The notes below the pieces were generated by a model. The model was not told the origin of the DNA. It made no database searches and saw nothing but the letters and a program-made list of their open reading frames with translations. The position numbers and the translations under genes were made by a program. Source: Eledone cirrhosa (Eukaryota). Taken from it: a DNA stretch of 64,000 bases. The stretch spans positions 62,001 to 126,000 of the forward strand of contig CAXHJY010001342.1 in NCBI GenBank assembly GCA_964016885.1, in the 5' to 3' direction. Positions 25,823 to 38,933 of this stretch are shown one piece after another; positions within the stretch are counted from its first letter, which is position 1; each line of letters begins with the position of its first letter.

Positions 25823-26535
25823 GTAGACATATTTGTGTGTGTATATATATATACACACACACACTTAAACATATTTGTATGTATATATATATATACGTGT
25901 GTTTAAATTTACAAACATAGGAGACAGATAACAAAGATCAAAGAAATCGTAAAACAATTTACGCCGGAATAGTAACGCGTAGATTGTATTCTATTGCTGT
26001 GCATTTTAATTTCAAAACTATATATTCCTTTTTATCCAGTAGGCAGTAGCACCGTTTTTCACTAAATTTAATAGAAATGTAGTAAATATGCCCTTAGTAT
26101 GTCATGGGTAATATATCTGGAGACTTTTGAATATTTCTACACAAACACAGATTCAATTTATTGCTATCATATTGATTGTAGAGTTGAAATTGCTGAACGG
26201 ATAACGTGCTGGGTTAATTGACTTAGAGAATATGAGTTCAAGTTTGAAATGCTACCATCAATAATTTCCATAGAAATCGATAGAAATACACAATTTCCGT
26301 GTGATCTTTGCATACAAAACGACATTTTAAGAAATGGTTCATGATAATCCAAAGCTGTTCGACAAATTGTTTTTATTTATATTTGGAAGAAAATGCCGTT
26401 TATATCGCACAGATGTGAGATTGAGAGATTCAATTAACAAACGCATCGCTTGTTCGTGTGTACTAGTGTTCTCCTATAAATAAAACCTTGTGTTTAGAAT
26501 TAGGCGAACATTTGTTAGAAAATTATCAGTAACAT

Positions 26536-27025
26536 TTATCCGTCTGTTTCTTTCTTACTGCTTCCCCTTTCTCTGTATCTCTCACTTTCTTTTTACCCCC
26601 TCTGCCAGTCACTCTCTCAGTTAGCCTCTTCCTCACACTTTCACTCACTCACTCTCTGCTACTCCCTCTCCATCACTTCCTCCAGTTTGACCTGTGCGAA
26701 ATCCTTTTCTCGCTCACATTTCAACCAGGTTGGATGGTCTTTATCTCTCGTCTACGATTTCACAGAACTTATGTTCATCGATTTCAGAGACTTGACTCCT
26801 TCTTCCTCACCTTTCGTTGCATTACCATCTTTGTTTGTTTACTGTCTCGCTCGGTCCTCCTATTTATGTGTCCCAACGACTTTCTTTAGCCGTTGCTCGC
26901 ACCAACCAGAGGTATATGATCTTTAAAGCGACGAAATACCAATGAAGGCTGGAATATCACTGATGAAGGACTAATTTTATTCATATGTAACCCATTTGCA
27001 ACCACGCAGCACGCCATTTTTTCAT
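26536..27025 (+). mobile_element. Family E non-coding repeat, copy 1
   Basis: Homologous to 27668-28720 and 48552-49152 (GACCTGTGCGAAAT..CACATTTCAACCAGG..CACTGATGAAGGAC..CATATGTAACCCATTTGCAAC). Confidence 0.8.
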
Positions 27026-27029
27026 ATAT

Positions 27030-27216
27030 ATAAGAAAATGAAGTTTTTTAAATGGAAAAAAAAACGAGATGTCCTACACGAGTGAAAGTATAAAGAAAAA
27101 AATATGAAATCAAAATTGCAATTGGACCCTTTTTAAGAATATTTATTTGTTTCCTTTACCGGTCTTCCAGTTCTTATGCTTTTCAAAAGTAGAATTGAGA
27201 TGGAGGGTTTGTGGTT
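27030..27216 (-). mobile_element. Family K short repeat with degenerate hammerhead
   Basis: Reverse complement homologue of 55158-55305; flanked by TA runs. Confidence 0.65.
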
Positions 27217-27290
27217 TATATATATATATATATATATGACATAGAATCCTATCATCACCATCTTTATATATATATATATATATATATATA

Positions 27291-27475
27291 ACGAAGGAAA
27301 TGTGGTAAGGAAGCAGGTGGACCATAACGCACCAAAGTACTCAATACTTAGGGTAGTAGAGTGGGTAATAGGAACGAGTAGTACTCCGACGGCTGAGCTC
27401 AAGCCGTTTCGACGGCTAATTCTCAGAATTAGTCGTCGAAACGGCTTGAGCTCAGCCGTCGGAGTCCTACTCGTT

Positions 27476-27480
<5 letters not shown>
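27291..27480 (-). mobile_element. Family A fold-back element (77-nt tail plus palindrome 27368-27480)
   Basis: About 55-bp inverted arms; each arm carries the 3' half of a hammerhead (GAAA CGGCT tgagctc AGCCG TC); copies at 49614 and 60281. Confidence 0.9.
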
Positions 27481-27527
<47 letters not shown>

Positions 27528-27530
<3 letters not shown>

Positions 27531-27623
27531 TTAATATAGATGAGATTCTACAGGACTAGAACTGTTTCATTCATTAGAAATCATCAGGAATCTGTGGTTA
27601 CCTCCGATTCAACCCGGAATAAC

Positions 27624-27624
<1 letters not shown>
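27528..27624. mobile_element. Family B hammerhead mini-element, rearranged
   Basis: Inverted ribozyme arm 27528-27592 joined to the last 32 nt of the tail; (TA)n on both sides. Confidence 0.85.
27544..27592 (-). ncRNA. Type I hammerhead ribozyme (family B)
   Basis: Minus strand: GATTC CTGATGA T TTC taat GAA T GAAA CAG ttctagtc CTG TA GAATC. Confidence 0.78.
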
Positions 27625-27667
<43 letters not shown>

Positions 27668-27672
<5 letters not shown>

Positions 27673-28062
27673 AATAATGGAGCTGCGGCGTTGCAAATGG
27701 GTTACATATGAAAAAGTGAGTCCTTCATCAGTGACCCTCCAACCGTCCTAGGCATTTCATCGCTTTAAGGGCCATATACCTCAGGTTGGTGCGAACAACG
27801 GCTAAAAAAAGTCGTTGGGACACGTAAATAAGGAGAACGTTAGGGTGAACAAACAAAATGGTTTAAGCAACAGAAAGTGAGAAGAAAGAGACAAGTCCCA
27901 GATTTCTATGAATATAAACTCGATAAAATCGTGAACGAGAGAATAAAGACCATCAAACCTGGTTGAAATGTGAGCAAGGAAGGAATTTCGCACAGGTCTA
28001 ACGGGGGGAAGAAGAAGGGGTCTGGTCTGCGAATTCGGTAAACATAAGTTCTGTGAAGTCGC

Positions 28063-28144
<82 letters not shown>

Positions 28145-28717
28145 ATTCATACCGGCTTGGCCAAGAGGGCGCGAGAAAAGAAATCGGACAGGTCAAGTGG
28201 GAAGAAAGAGGAAGAGGAGGAGAGGTAGTGACAGGGTATGAGTGAGTGAAAGTTGAGGAAGAGGCTAACAGAGAGAGAGACTGCTAGAAAGGGTAAAGAC
28301 ACTAAGAACGAAACAGACGGGTGGCCAAGCCGGTATGAATTTTTTTTCTCTCTCTCTTTCGTCTGCGACTTCACAGAACTTATGTTTACCGAATTCGCAG
28401 ACGAGACCCCTTCTTCTTACCCCCGTTAGACCTGTGCGAAATTCCTTCCTTGCTCACATTTCAACCAGGTTTGATGGTCTTTATTCTCTCGTTCACGATT
28501 TTATCGAGTTTATATTCATAGAAATCTGGGACTTGTCGCTTTCTTCTCACTTTCTGTTGCTTAAACCACTTTGTTTGTTCACCCTAACGTTCTCCTTATT
28601 TACGTGTCCCAACGACTTTTTTTAGCCGTTGTTCGCACCAACCTGAGGTATATGGCCCTTAAAGCGATGAAATGCCTAGGACGGTTGGAGGGTCACTGAT
28701 GAAGGACTCACTTTTTC

Positions 28718-28720
<3 letters not shown>
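27668..28720 (-). mobile_element. Family E fold-back element (arms about 27706-28163 and 28323-28720, one-sided tail 27668-27705)
   Basis: About 400-bp near-perfect inverted repeat; (TA)n on both sides. Confidence 0.88.
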
Positions 28721-28796
<76 letters not shown>

Positions 28797-28818
28797 CACA
28801 CATATATTTTTTCACATG

Positions 28819-28868
28819 ACAGGCTGAAGAAATTTGGGCTCAGAACCCAGCGAAACTTGAGTACCTGT
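28819..28868 (+). ncRNA. Minimal type I hammerhead ribozyme
   Basis: ACAGG CTGAAGA aatt TGGG ctcagaa CCCA gc GAAA C ttga G TA CCTGT; 80-nt island inside (TA)n; base of stem II is imperfect. Confidence 0.65.
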
Positions 28869-28890
28869 TTATGTCACTGTTGTAATTATT

Positions 28891-28939
<49 letters not shown>

Positions 28940-29388
28940 TTGATTGTGGCGTGTATGTGGCGTGTGTATGCACATGTGTGTGCGTGTGTGTGTGTGCGCG
29001 AACATATGTGTGCTAAAAGGCAGAGTCATTAGAGCGTTGAATATTTGTTCCAGGTCTTTGCATTTATCGATAAAAAAAGAACAGCTCAATGATGTTTCTG
29101 CCTTCTTTCTCTCAAACTGTCACGTTCTGGGTGTTCGAAGAACGGAAGGTCGGCTACATTGTGACATGAAACCCATAACGAAAGCATGGTATCGAAAACA
29201 TATAGTTTATATAAACACTAGAGTGTCGAATAAGTTGAAATGTTTAGAACGCAGAAAAATAACACTGAATAAAACTTTAGAAAAATCAGGTAATATAACT
29301 CTATTGACGGAAAAAGTAGCCACTTCTTCCGTCTATTGAGGTATTTTAACTGTTTCTACATTTCTAAACACTCACGTGCACATACACG

Positions 29389-29485
<97 letters not shown>

Positions 29486-29579
29486 GTTTGTATAAATAAA
29501 TATACATGCACAAACACACACATATATTTATATATAAATATACATATATACACTCACACATTCACACGTTCCCACACAA

Positions 29580-29610
<31 letters not shown>

Positions 29611-29672
29611 TATATATCTATACATATATACTCTCACACATTGCCACACAAACACATATATGTATATATATG

Positions 29673-29749
<77 letters not shown>

Positions 29750-29900
29750 CACCTGATCAATGGAACAATTGTTAATACCTGAAATAAAGCCCCTTGTTGT
29801 AAAGCCAACCATGTTACTCTTCATTCTTTCACTATTATTATTCCAAGTATAACCTACATAGGAATTCCCGCGAACTCGCTGCCTATCTATGGAAACATCT
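29750..29900 (+). mobile_element. Family G 3' fragment
   Basis: Matches 32403-32480 and the reverse complement of 31195-31268. Confidence 0.7.
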
Positions 29901-29926
29901 TATATATATAAAAAAAAATATATATA

Positions 29927-30289
29927 TAGATAAATCTACCAAAATATACGGTAGTGACCAATCCGTATGAAGAACTCAATGTAATCCAAATATCATGAAA
30001 AGAGAAGATGCATTCAAAAATTTTCGATGAAAATCCAGGAAACAGAGTCAAGATAAATTAATAAAAACAATGAATAAAAACAAAGAGCAAGTTCCTTATA
30101 TTAAAAAAATTCATCATTTTACGTTCGTTTCTAGGATATATATGTGTTGGTATGTATATCATATAGATCTATGTAAATATTTTACAAACTATCAGAGGAA
30201 ATATACATACCTTCACATATATATGCTATCTTCAGAAATAATATAAGGAACTTGTTCTTTGTTTTTATTCATTGTTTTTATTAATTTAT
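29927..30289 (-). mobile_element. Family F fold-back element with hammerhead
   Basis: Inverted arms about 30053-30102 and 30240-30289, one-sided tail 29927-30052; second copy at 56779-57027. Confidence 0.82.
30113..30242 (-). ncRNA. Type I hammerhead with long stem II (family F)
   Basis: Minus strand: ATTATTT CTGAAGA TAG c ATATATATGTG...CACATATATAT c CTA GAAA CG aa CG TA AAATGAT. Confidence 0.75.
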
Positions 30290-30828
30290 ATATATATATA
30301 TATATATATAATCATATAAATATACATATATACACACATACGTTCACACCGTCCCACACAAATGCACACACATATATATCTATACATATACTCTCACACA
30401 TTGCCACACAAACACACACACACATACATATATATATGTATATATATATATGTATGTATATATATATATATATATGGATATGGATATATATATATATATA
30501 TATACTCATACGTTCACACGTTCCCACACAAACACACACACATATGTAATCGTAGTTTAACGAATGGTTGAAGAAGTATATAATGCCTTAGGTAGGTTAT
30601 AAGTAATTTGCTTCGGTTACATGAAAATAAACTAATATTTTCAACAAGACATGAGAAAACACGTGCATATCCTGTCAGTAAATAAATACATACATATGTA
30701 CATACTTAATACATGTACACATAGATATATACATATAGATATGCATACTTACATATATACAAATATACATACATGCATAAACACATATGTGTATATATAG
30801 TATATATTTATATACACACAGGCTTACA

Positions 30829-30918
<90 letters not shown>

Positions 30919-30953
30919 ATTTGGTTTATATGTAGATGGTTTATATGTATATG

Positions 30954-31047
<94 letters not shown>

Positions 31048-31116
31048 TATAAACCATATACATATAAACCAAATTATATAAATATATATATATACATATA
31101 TGGGATAACAAATTAT

Positions 31117-32480
31117 CGTTATAGGTAATCCAGTTAGAGGTTGTGAATACTCCGTATTGTGGATTGTTTTAGCGTACGGCGTTGTTTGACTCAACAAGAG
31201 GTTTCCTTAAGTAGCGAGTTTGTGAGTTCTCGGGAGTTCCTATGCTAGTTAATCTTGAAGTAATAATACTCCATTGATTAAGTTGTCTAAAAATTGCTAA
31301 TCACTTGAAGTTGTGTCACTCAATTTTAAATACAATGTATGCTTAAGCAAATCACCAGAAAAACTGTTTAAAATTATACAAGGCGTTTGTAATATATTAG
31401 GGAAATTCAAATTACAACGTCAGTAATAAAGAAAGAAAAAGAAAAAAAAGAAAATGATAGAGAGAAAAAGAAAAAGAAAAAGAAAAAGAAAAAGAAAAAG
31501 AAAAAGAAAAAGAAAAAGAAAAAGAAAAAGAAAAAGAAAAAGAAAAAGAAAAAGAAAAAGAAAAATAATAAATAAATAATAATAAATAAGTTATAATGAA
31601 GATGATAAAAAATAAATAAAAAAATTTAAGTGTGCGAAGAGAAGTGAACATAATATGATTGTTGAAAACAGTTGTGGTGTAGACATAAAGCAGCTACTAA
31701 ATTCGATAATTTCAAACCAACTTGATTCGACCCAACAATTCCATAATTCAAATTGTACCACCTGAGTCTATTATAATAACCCATTATTGTTATTATTAAA
31801 TGTCAATAAATCAACTAATCAATGAATCAACATCATAACCTCCTAACCTTTTTCTCTCTTTCATTCTCTTTCCCTAAATATATTTCACCTCTTACATTAT
31901 ATCCTATCGTATTCTCTCCACTTCTAACATAACTTCCAATTTATTAATTTACTAATTTAACCAATACATATATGTATATATTTAGTATTTTCATGTTTAT
32001 ACCATCACATCTTTATATTTTAACCACCAACACTATTTTCAACAATCATATTATGTTCACTTCTCTTAGCACACATAATATTTTAAATTTATTTTTGATC
32101 ATCTTCATTATAACTTATTTATTATTATTTATTTTTTCTTTTTCTTTTTCTTTTTCTTTTTCTTTTTCTTTTTCTTTTTCATTTTCTTTATCTTGTTAAT
32201 GTTTTCTTCTTTCTTTTTCTCTCTATCTTTTTCTTTTTTTCTTTTTCTTTCTTTATTACTGATGTTGTAATTTGAATTTCCCTAATATATTACAAACGCC
32301 GTGTATAATTTTAAACAGTTTTTCTGATGATTTGGTTATGCATACATTGTATTTAAAATTGAGTGACACAACTTCAAGTGATTAGCAATTTTTAGACAAC
32401 TTAATCAATGAAACAATTGTTAATACTGTAAATAAAACCCTTTTTGTACTGTTGACCATGTTATTCTTCACTCTTTCACT
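31117..32480. mobile_element. Family G fold-back element
   Basis: Diverged inverted arms 31272-31690 and 32010-32410 containing (GAAAAA)n; tail 31117-31270. Confidence 0.8.
32315..32429 (+). ncRNA. Type I hammerhead with long stem II (family G)
   Basis: ACAGTTTTT CTGATGA T TTGGTTA...TAATCAA T GAAA CAATTG TT AATACTGT; stem I imperfect. Confidence 0.68.
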
Positions 32481-32515
32481 ATATATATATGTCGCTAAGC
32501 AACCAACACCTACTG

Positions 32516-32808
32516 AACGTCTATAGCATAAGATGTACAGAGGGTACTTGCAGAAACATGACAACGACATACATAGGTGAGACAGCTCGAAGCATAGGAG
32601 AAGGAATAGACCAACACTGAGGGGAACTAAAAGGACAAAAAACGGTTCAGTACTAAATGAACATGCCAGACAAAGACATGACGGTAACATAGACAACATA
32701 GATATTAAAATAATATCCAAGCATAGAAATGACTCAATAGGTAGGCAAATCAGAGAAGCAACTGAGATAGAACTAAGAAAACCAACGTTACACAGATAGA
32801 ACGAATGG
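32516..32808 (+). pseudogene. Decayed GIY-YIG endonuclease of a Penelope-like element
   Basis: Manual translation NVYSIRCTEGTCRNMTTTYIGETARSIGEGIDQH*, frameshift, then SVLNEHARQRHDGNIDNIDIKIISKHRNDSIGRQIREATEIELRKPTLHR*NEW. Confidence 0.85.
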
Positions 32809-33096
32809 AATGACAACAACAACGATACCCAAACAAACAATACTGACCTAAGGGAAATATAAATAAATAAATAAATAAATATATACACAAGTACAACAAA
32901 CGCATATAAACACACACTACTGAACAAAGATAGAATACCAAAACAAAAACACATACACTCAAACGCGAACACACACACACCAAACATTAAACAAACACGC
33001 AAACGCATGCGCAGAGACAGAGACAAGAAGAAATAAATAAACAAATTAGATAAAAAAGGCGTAGACTTTACAACACACCGGGAGGAAACATAATAG

Positions 33097-33140
33097 TACC
33101 ACTGATAATGTCACAGATGTGTGACGAAAGAACTTTGATA
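33097..33140 (+). ncRNA. Hammerhead ribozyme in the 3' region of the Penelope-like remnant (one core substitution)
   Basis: TACCA CTGATAA T GTCAC agatgt GTGAC GAAA G aa C TT TGATA, followed within 5 nt by (TA)n. Confidence 0.65.
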
Positions 33141-33208
<68 letters not shown>

Positions 33209-33348
33209 ACGTCAATACTCATCTTTTTCCATTTATCTGAGGGTTCTAAACCCCATTATCAGGCTAAAATTCCTTTAGTCAAAAATACGGTGAAACCTAT
33301 TCTATTTTCTAATTTCAAACCTGCTCACTGTTTCAAAACATACTTACT

Positions 33349-33390
<42 letters not shown>

Positions 33391-33695
33391 CTGTACTTTT
33401 AACCGTTGGTCAATCAATGATAAACATTGATTGCCAAATAAATTAACTATGGAGATATAAAAGATACAGAAGCGAAAGCCAACCCAAACCAAACAGTGAG
33501 TGTGTTCTGTGTGTGCGTGCGTGTAGAAACACAGCCGGTTTCTTCCACAGAACGAGAGTGAGGGTGAGGCAGAAAGAAGGAGTGCGAGAAAGAGATATCG
33601 AGAAAGAATCGACGTAGTTTGAACAGGCATTTAATTTATCAGCGTCGAAAGGATGAAAGGAGCGCAGAACGCCAGAACGGATACTGTATATAACA

Positions 33696-33990
33696 TTTAA
33701 TCAGTTCGGAGATGTTTTCTGTACTCTAGACTATCTGACATTGTTAGTAAGTGCTCTACGGTACAGTAGCCTCATGGAGACGTGCATTTAAACCTAGTCA
33801 GTTCGGAGATGTTTTCTGCACTCTAGACTATCTGATATTGTTAGTGACTGCTTTACGGTACAGTGGCCTCATGGACATGTGTATTTAATCCTAATCAGTT
33901 CGGAGATGTTTTCTGAACTCAAGACTATCTGATATTGTTAGTGAGTGCTTTACAGTACAGTTGCCTCATGGAGACGTGCATTTAATCCTA
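33696..33990. repeat. 97-bp tandem repeat, 3 copies
   Basis: TCAGTTCGGAGATGTTTTCTG recurs at 33701, 33798 and 33895. Confidence 0.92.
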
Positions 33991-36130
33991 GCCTAGCAAT
34001 AAAACATAGATGCTGAAACAAATCATAAACATTAAATTACTATATTAAGTATTCTTTATATTTCTTCAACATTTTATTTAGTACTTGTAATTATTCCTAG
34101 GAAATGTTCATTCTACTCGCTAACAAAATGGACGCCATGCATATGGACCGTAAGACCACTCAAGGAATTGGTATAAAATTACCCAAAGGAAATTAATTAA
34201 AATACGGAATACCATCAGAAATCGTTACATCAATTCTAAATAACGCATGAGAAATTCATACATAAAACTAGATTAAATTTTCAAATATATCTAAGTAGTG
34301 TATAGCAATTCTTCAAAATGAAAATAACTTATGGTTATAAATGATTAATTTAATAAACTGGTTAATGTATAAAAAAACTTCATAATTCCTTAAACTAGAT
34401 TGCTTTGTTAGAATTAAAAGAAGATTAATTTGTTACCTAGGAATTAAATTTGCTTTCCAATATTCATTTCCACGATAAAGCGATAAATTATATTCACTTA
34501 ATAGAATATATGGGCTAGAAAGTTTGATACAACATTGCTATGACCAGTGTTGAGATAAAAAAAAGATAAACCAATAACAAATTCAAAATTTGAATATAAT
34601 GACATTAATTTTACTTCATCACTCGACCTTTATGAAGGGCAACATTCAAATAATGTAATAAATGTATAAATACATAAGATTAGAGTTGTGTTATTTTTGA
34701 AGAACATGACATATTTCTAAGTGAAAATACATATAGTTAAATATGAATTAAATCACACACACGCACATCTATATATTATTGTTATTTCATGGGATTCAGT
34801 AGTATGATGTACAAAATACGATGCTTCCCTTGGCTAGGCTTATTTAGGTTCTGAGTTAAAACTAAATCCCACAAAGATTGTTGTTCAACGCTCTACCGAT
34901 ACTGTCGGAATAATAGAAAACAACTTATTGTGGCGACGTATATCATTGATGGAAATTAATAAATAATTAATTTTCACTTAATTCTAGAAGTATTCTTTAT
35001 GAAAACCTGATAACGAAGGGGAGTGAATGTTATGTTATATATAGTTATATCAATTTACCGTGTGGAGATTAAAATCAGTTCCATGTTTGAGAGATCAATG
35101 GGGTAAGGCCGAGCTATGTATACCGATGTCGTTATAATCAAATATACCCCCCACTCAAAATATTTCGCGTTCTTCCTGTGTTTGAAACTAATATTTTTTT
35201 CGGGGTCAATAATATGATTATCATTGTGTAGATGAGGATCAATATCATCGATTGTAGCCCCTAAACCAAAATGTATGGCCTTGCGGATATATTGGAAATC
35301 AATATTAGAACTTGTTTCATTCGTCATTCGATTGTGCAAAAAATACGATATGCCAACCTAATGGACGTTTAGCAATCACTCTCTCCCTCTCAGTATATTT
35401 CACTAGCTATTTCTCTTGTGTTATCGTAACAATCTTGTAAGGGGGTATTTTACTAAAAATATTCGGACAAATTAAATATTTCTAAGTTAATATTTCAATA
35501 TCTTTCTTATTATTGTTATTAATATTTTATGTTCGTTCTACATTTCTCTAGCTTTCTATTACAAATTTGATATTGCTTTAAGCAAATTGCAACAATCTTA
35601 CAAAAATGTTCCTAATAACAAGTAAATCTTTCATACATGAATTCCATATACACTAGCAAAAAAAAAATATATATATATATTTTACCAAAGTCTAAATCAA
35701 CACTAACTCTACAGAAATGTTACAACTATATTGCTCCCTTGAGCAGAAACTGAATTGATATCGATAATTTCAGTCAACATATAATATATGACTGAGGCAT
35801 GATAGTGACCCATAAAAAATGATGTCTTATCTGTGCTTACTTCTTAAATATATAGCAGATATTTCCATAAAAATCTGAAAATAAGTTCAAGCCGGATTCT
35901 ATACCTTTATCTCTAATGATATTTGTTTTCAAAACTCTAAAGTAGGTAGAAAAATTAGTAGGAATTTTGCAGTTCCATGATATATAAATTTCACTACTTC
36001 AATGGCTTTTTTTAGTTAACCCAGATAAAGACACGCCAGAGAGACACAGCAGTCGTATGATCAGTAAAATCTCATTATGAATAGTAACTTCTCATGCTTA
36101 CTAACATAAAAAACGTAAGCAAACATAACA

Positions 36131-36175
<45 letters not shown>

Positions 36176-36202
36176 TGGTTACACAACAGTTAGTTCACCA
36201 TA

Positions 36203-36242
36203 CCGAGAACAATTGTTTCACCTTCGCGGATCTTCAGCTCGG
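36203..36242 (-). ncRNA. Minimal type I hammerhead ribozyme
   Basis: Minus strand: CCGAG CTGAAGA T CC gcgaa GG T GAAA CAATTG TT CTCGG; about 30 nt from (TA)n. Confidence 0.82.
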
Positions 36243-36559
36243 GATGTGTATGGTTATAGGAACAGGAAGGACAACCGTACGAACGCGCATGCGCAGAAAC
36301 TCGGTCACTTCACATAGGAAATACTAGACTGCGTGCGGGAGGTGTAAGGGAGATAACTACGAAAGTCCGGAAAGTTTTTAGGTTGAAAATAAAATTAAAA
36401 CAATTAAAAATAAAATTACAAAGAATCCGTCCGGAGCTTTGTAGTTATGTAATAGATGTTTGGTGACGTGTGGACAACGTGTGAAAAATTCACTTCTCGT
36501 GTTTAGGCAATCACTATTGCGTGATCTCTTTAGGATAGTTATTCGTTCATAGAAATAAT

Positions 36560-36833
36560 AATAAATTTGAGAACTAAAATCCAAAGAGGGCTCGATAAGG
36601 ATAAACATATATCAAATATATAAGAGCCCTAGAGCAAATATTTATTAAAATAACAGATTAAAGTTTAAGCAAAGAATCGTTGCTTTGACCCTTAACGGGA
36701 TCTTCTGAAACTAAAAAAATCAATCTGTGAATGCAGAAGTAAATATTTCGAAAAACGTTGCAACCGAAGGAAAACAGGAAGACAATATTTTGGTACGTGA
36801 AGACGTTCCCTGGCAATGAACGGAAAAAGGCGA
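36560..36833 (-). mobile_element. Short repeat with variant hammerhead (36662-36712), copy 1
   Basis: About 255-bp direct homologue of 37805-38055. Confidence 0.8.
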
Positions 36834-37102
36834 ATATATATATATATATACATATATATATACATATATATATACATATATATATACATGAGGATCGGCT
36901 GAAAAGTTCATTGGCTGACTATAAAGGAATGATGTTAGAGCTGTGAAATCTTGCATGCATTCATTTCAGATCTTCTTATTAATAATTGCATTGTTTCCTT
37001 CCAGGGACTATGTTGAAAAATAAACCTCATTTGAGAGTATCTTGGTCAGCCTATATATGCTCATATATATTATATATATGTATATATATATTATGAAAAA
37101 AA

Positions 37103-37143
<41 letters not shown>

Positions 37144-37163
37144 TAGAGAGAGATAGAGAGAGA

Positions 37164-37237
<74 letters not shown>

Positions 37238-37428
37238 GAGAGAGAATGGAAAATGAAAAATCAGTGATGCATCGGAACTCAATTTATTGCATGTTACAAT
37301 TGTTTCCCCGGCGAACAGATGGAGGTGCGATCTGTGTGTGTATCGACCTGACTCTGGATTCACAGCTGCGTAGGACCATAAAGTGCTCAACCGGCATACC
37401 GCCTATGGAAGCATCTTAGCTACCATTA

Positions 37429-37797
<369 letters not shown>

Positions 37798-37804
37798 ATA
37801 ATGA

Positions 37805-38055
37805 TAAATTTGAAGACTAAAATCCAAAGAGGGCTCGATAAGGATAAATATATATCAAATATATAAGAACCGTAGAGCAAATATTTATTAAAATAACAGA
37901 TTAAAGTTTAAGCAAAGAATCGCTGCTTTCACCCTTAACGGGATCTTCTGAAACTAACAAAGTCAATCTGTAAACGCAGAAGTGGATATTTCAAAAAACG
38001 TTGCAACCGGAGGAAGACAGGAAGACGATACTTTGGTTCGTGGAAACGTTCCCTA
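37805..38055 (-). mobile_element. Short repeat with variant hammerhead, copy 2
   Basis: Homologous to 36560-36811; abuts (TA)n. Confidence 0.8.
37905..37955 (-). ncRNA. Hammerhead-like fold with CAGAAGA core
   Basis: Minus strand: AGTTT CAGAAGA T CCC gttaa GGG T GAAA GCA gcgattctt TGC TT AAACT. Confidence 0.62.
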
Positions 38056-38067
38056 TAGACATAACAT

Positions 38068-38540
38068 ATCATCATCATCATTCGTCGACTACTGTCGAGA
38101 TGATGGATCTCACCCTCATGCCCCAGAATTCCCTGTCCTCCATCGCTGCCCCCAGGTCCTGTCTACTGATTCCCGTATCCCTAGAGATAACGTCAGGGAA
38201 TGACAGCTTCCTACTCCTAGTCAGGCTGGAGTCAGGGTTCCAGAGCAAGAGAGCGGATATGATTTCATTGCTGGCACGGTGACAGTGGCCAGCAAATTGA
38301 GCTCTCCTGAATTTTAGAAGGGCAGAGGCTCGAGGGAGTTTGCCATAGATTTTAGACAAGGTGGGATGTCGTTTCCAGGATAGGTTTTGCACTCTCATTA
38401 AGAAGCGGGTATATGTGCCATCCAATCTCCTCTCAAGTTGTGATGTTAGTGTCCAAGTTTCGGATCGATAAAGTAATATGGGCTTAATGGTTGCTTGGAA
38501 TATTTCCAGTTTTAGCTTATTGGTAAGTTGAGATGTCCTC
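38068..38540 (-). mobile_element. RTE-group LINE 3' fragment
   Basis: KLEIFQATIKPILLYRSETWTLT..LERRLDGTYTRFLM..LSWKRHPT..RRAQFAGHCHR; ends in (TGA)n on the minus strand. Confidence 0.82.
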
Positions 38541-38691
38541 AATAACATATACTTAGCTACCACATCAAGACGTAAAATATCCACGTATAGATCGAACTAT
38601 CCGTTAGGGTATAATGTGGGGCTGTAGTACAGGAACGTTTTGTGCAACTTATGTTTACAAGCCGAAATTGCCTCAGATTTTATATTAATAA

Positions 38692-38771
<80 letters not shown>

Positions 38772-38933
38772 CCGGGACACTGTACACGTGGCTACTTCAT
38801 GTGATTGTATAAAGCTTACAAAATATGTTAATAACAACAAAAAGAATTCGGTTTCTAATTACAACTGGCTCCACTGCACAAGGAAAAGTAACAAATGGAT
38901 ACAGGAAAAGACGATTAGATTTGGCTTTCTACA

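Noticed and set aside
28638-28688. SECIS element or permuted hammerhead in family E
   Set aside because: Core quartet and helix length do not fit a SECIS and are not conserved in the other copies; no valid stem III or UH site
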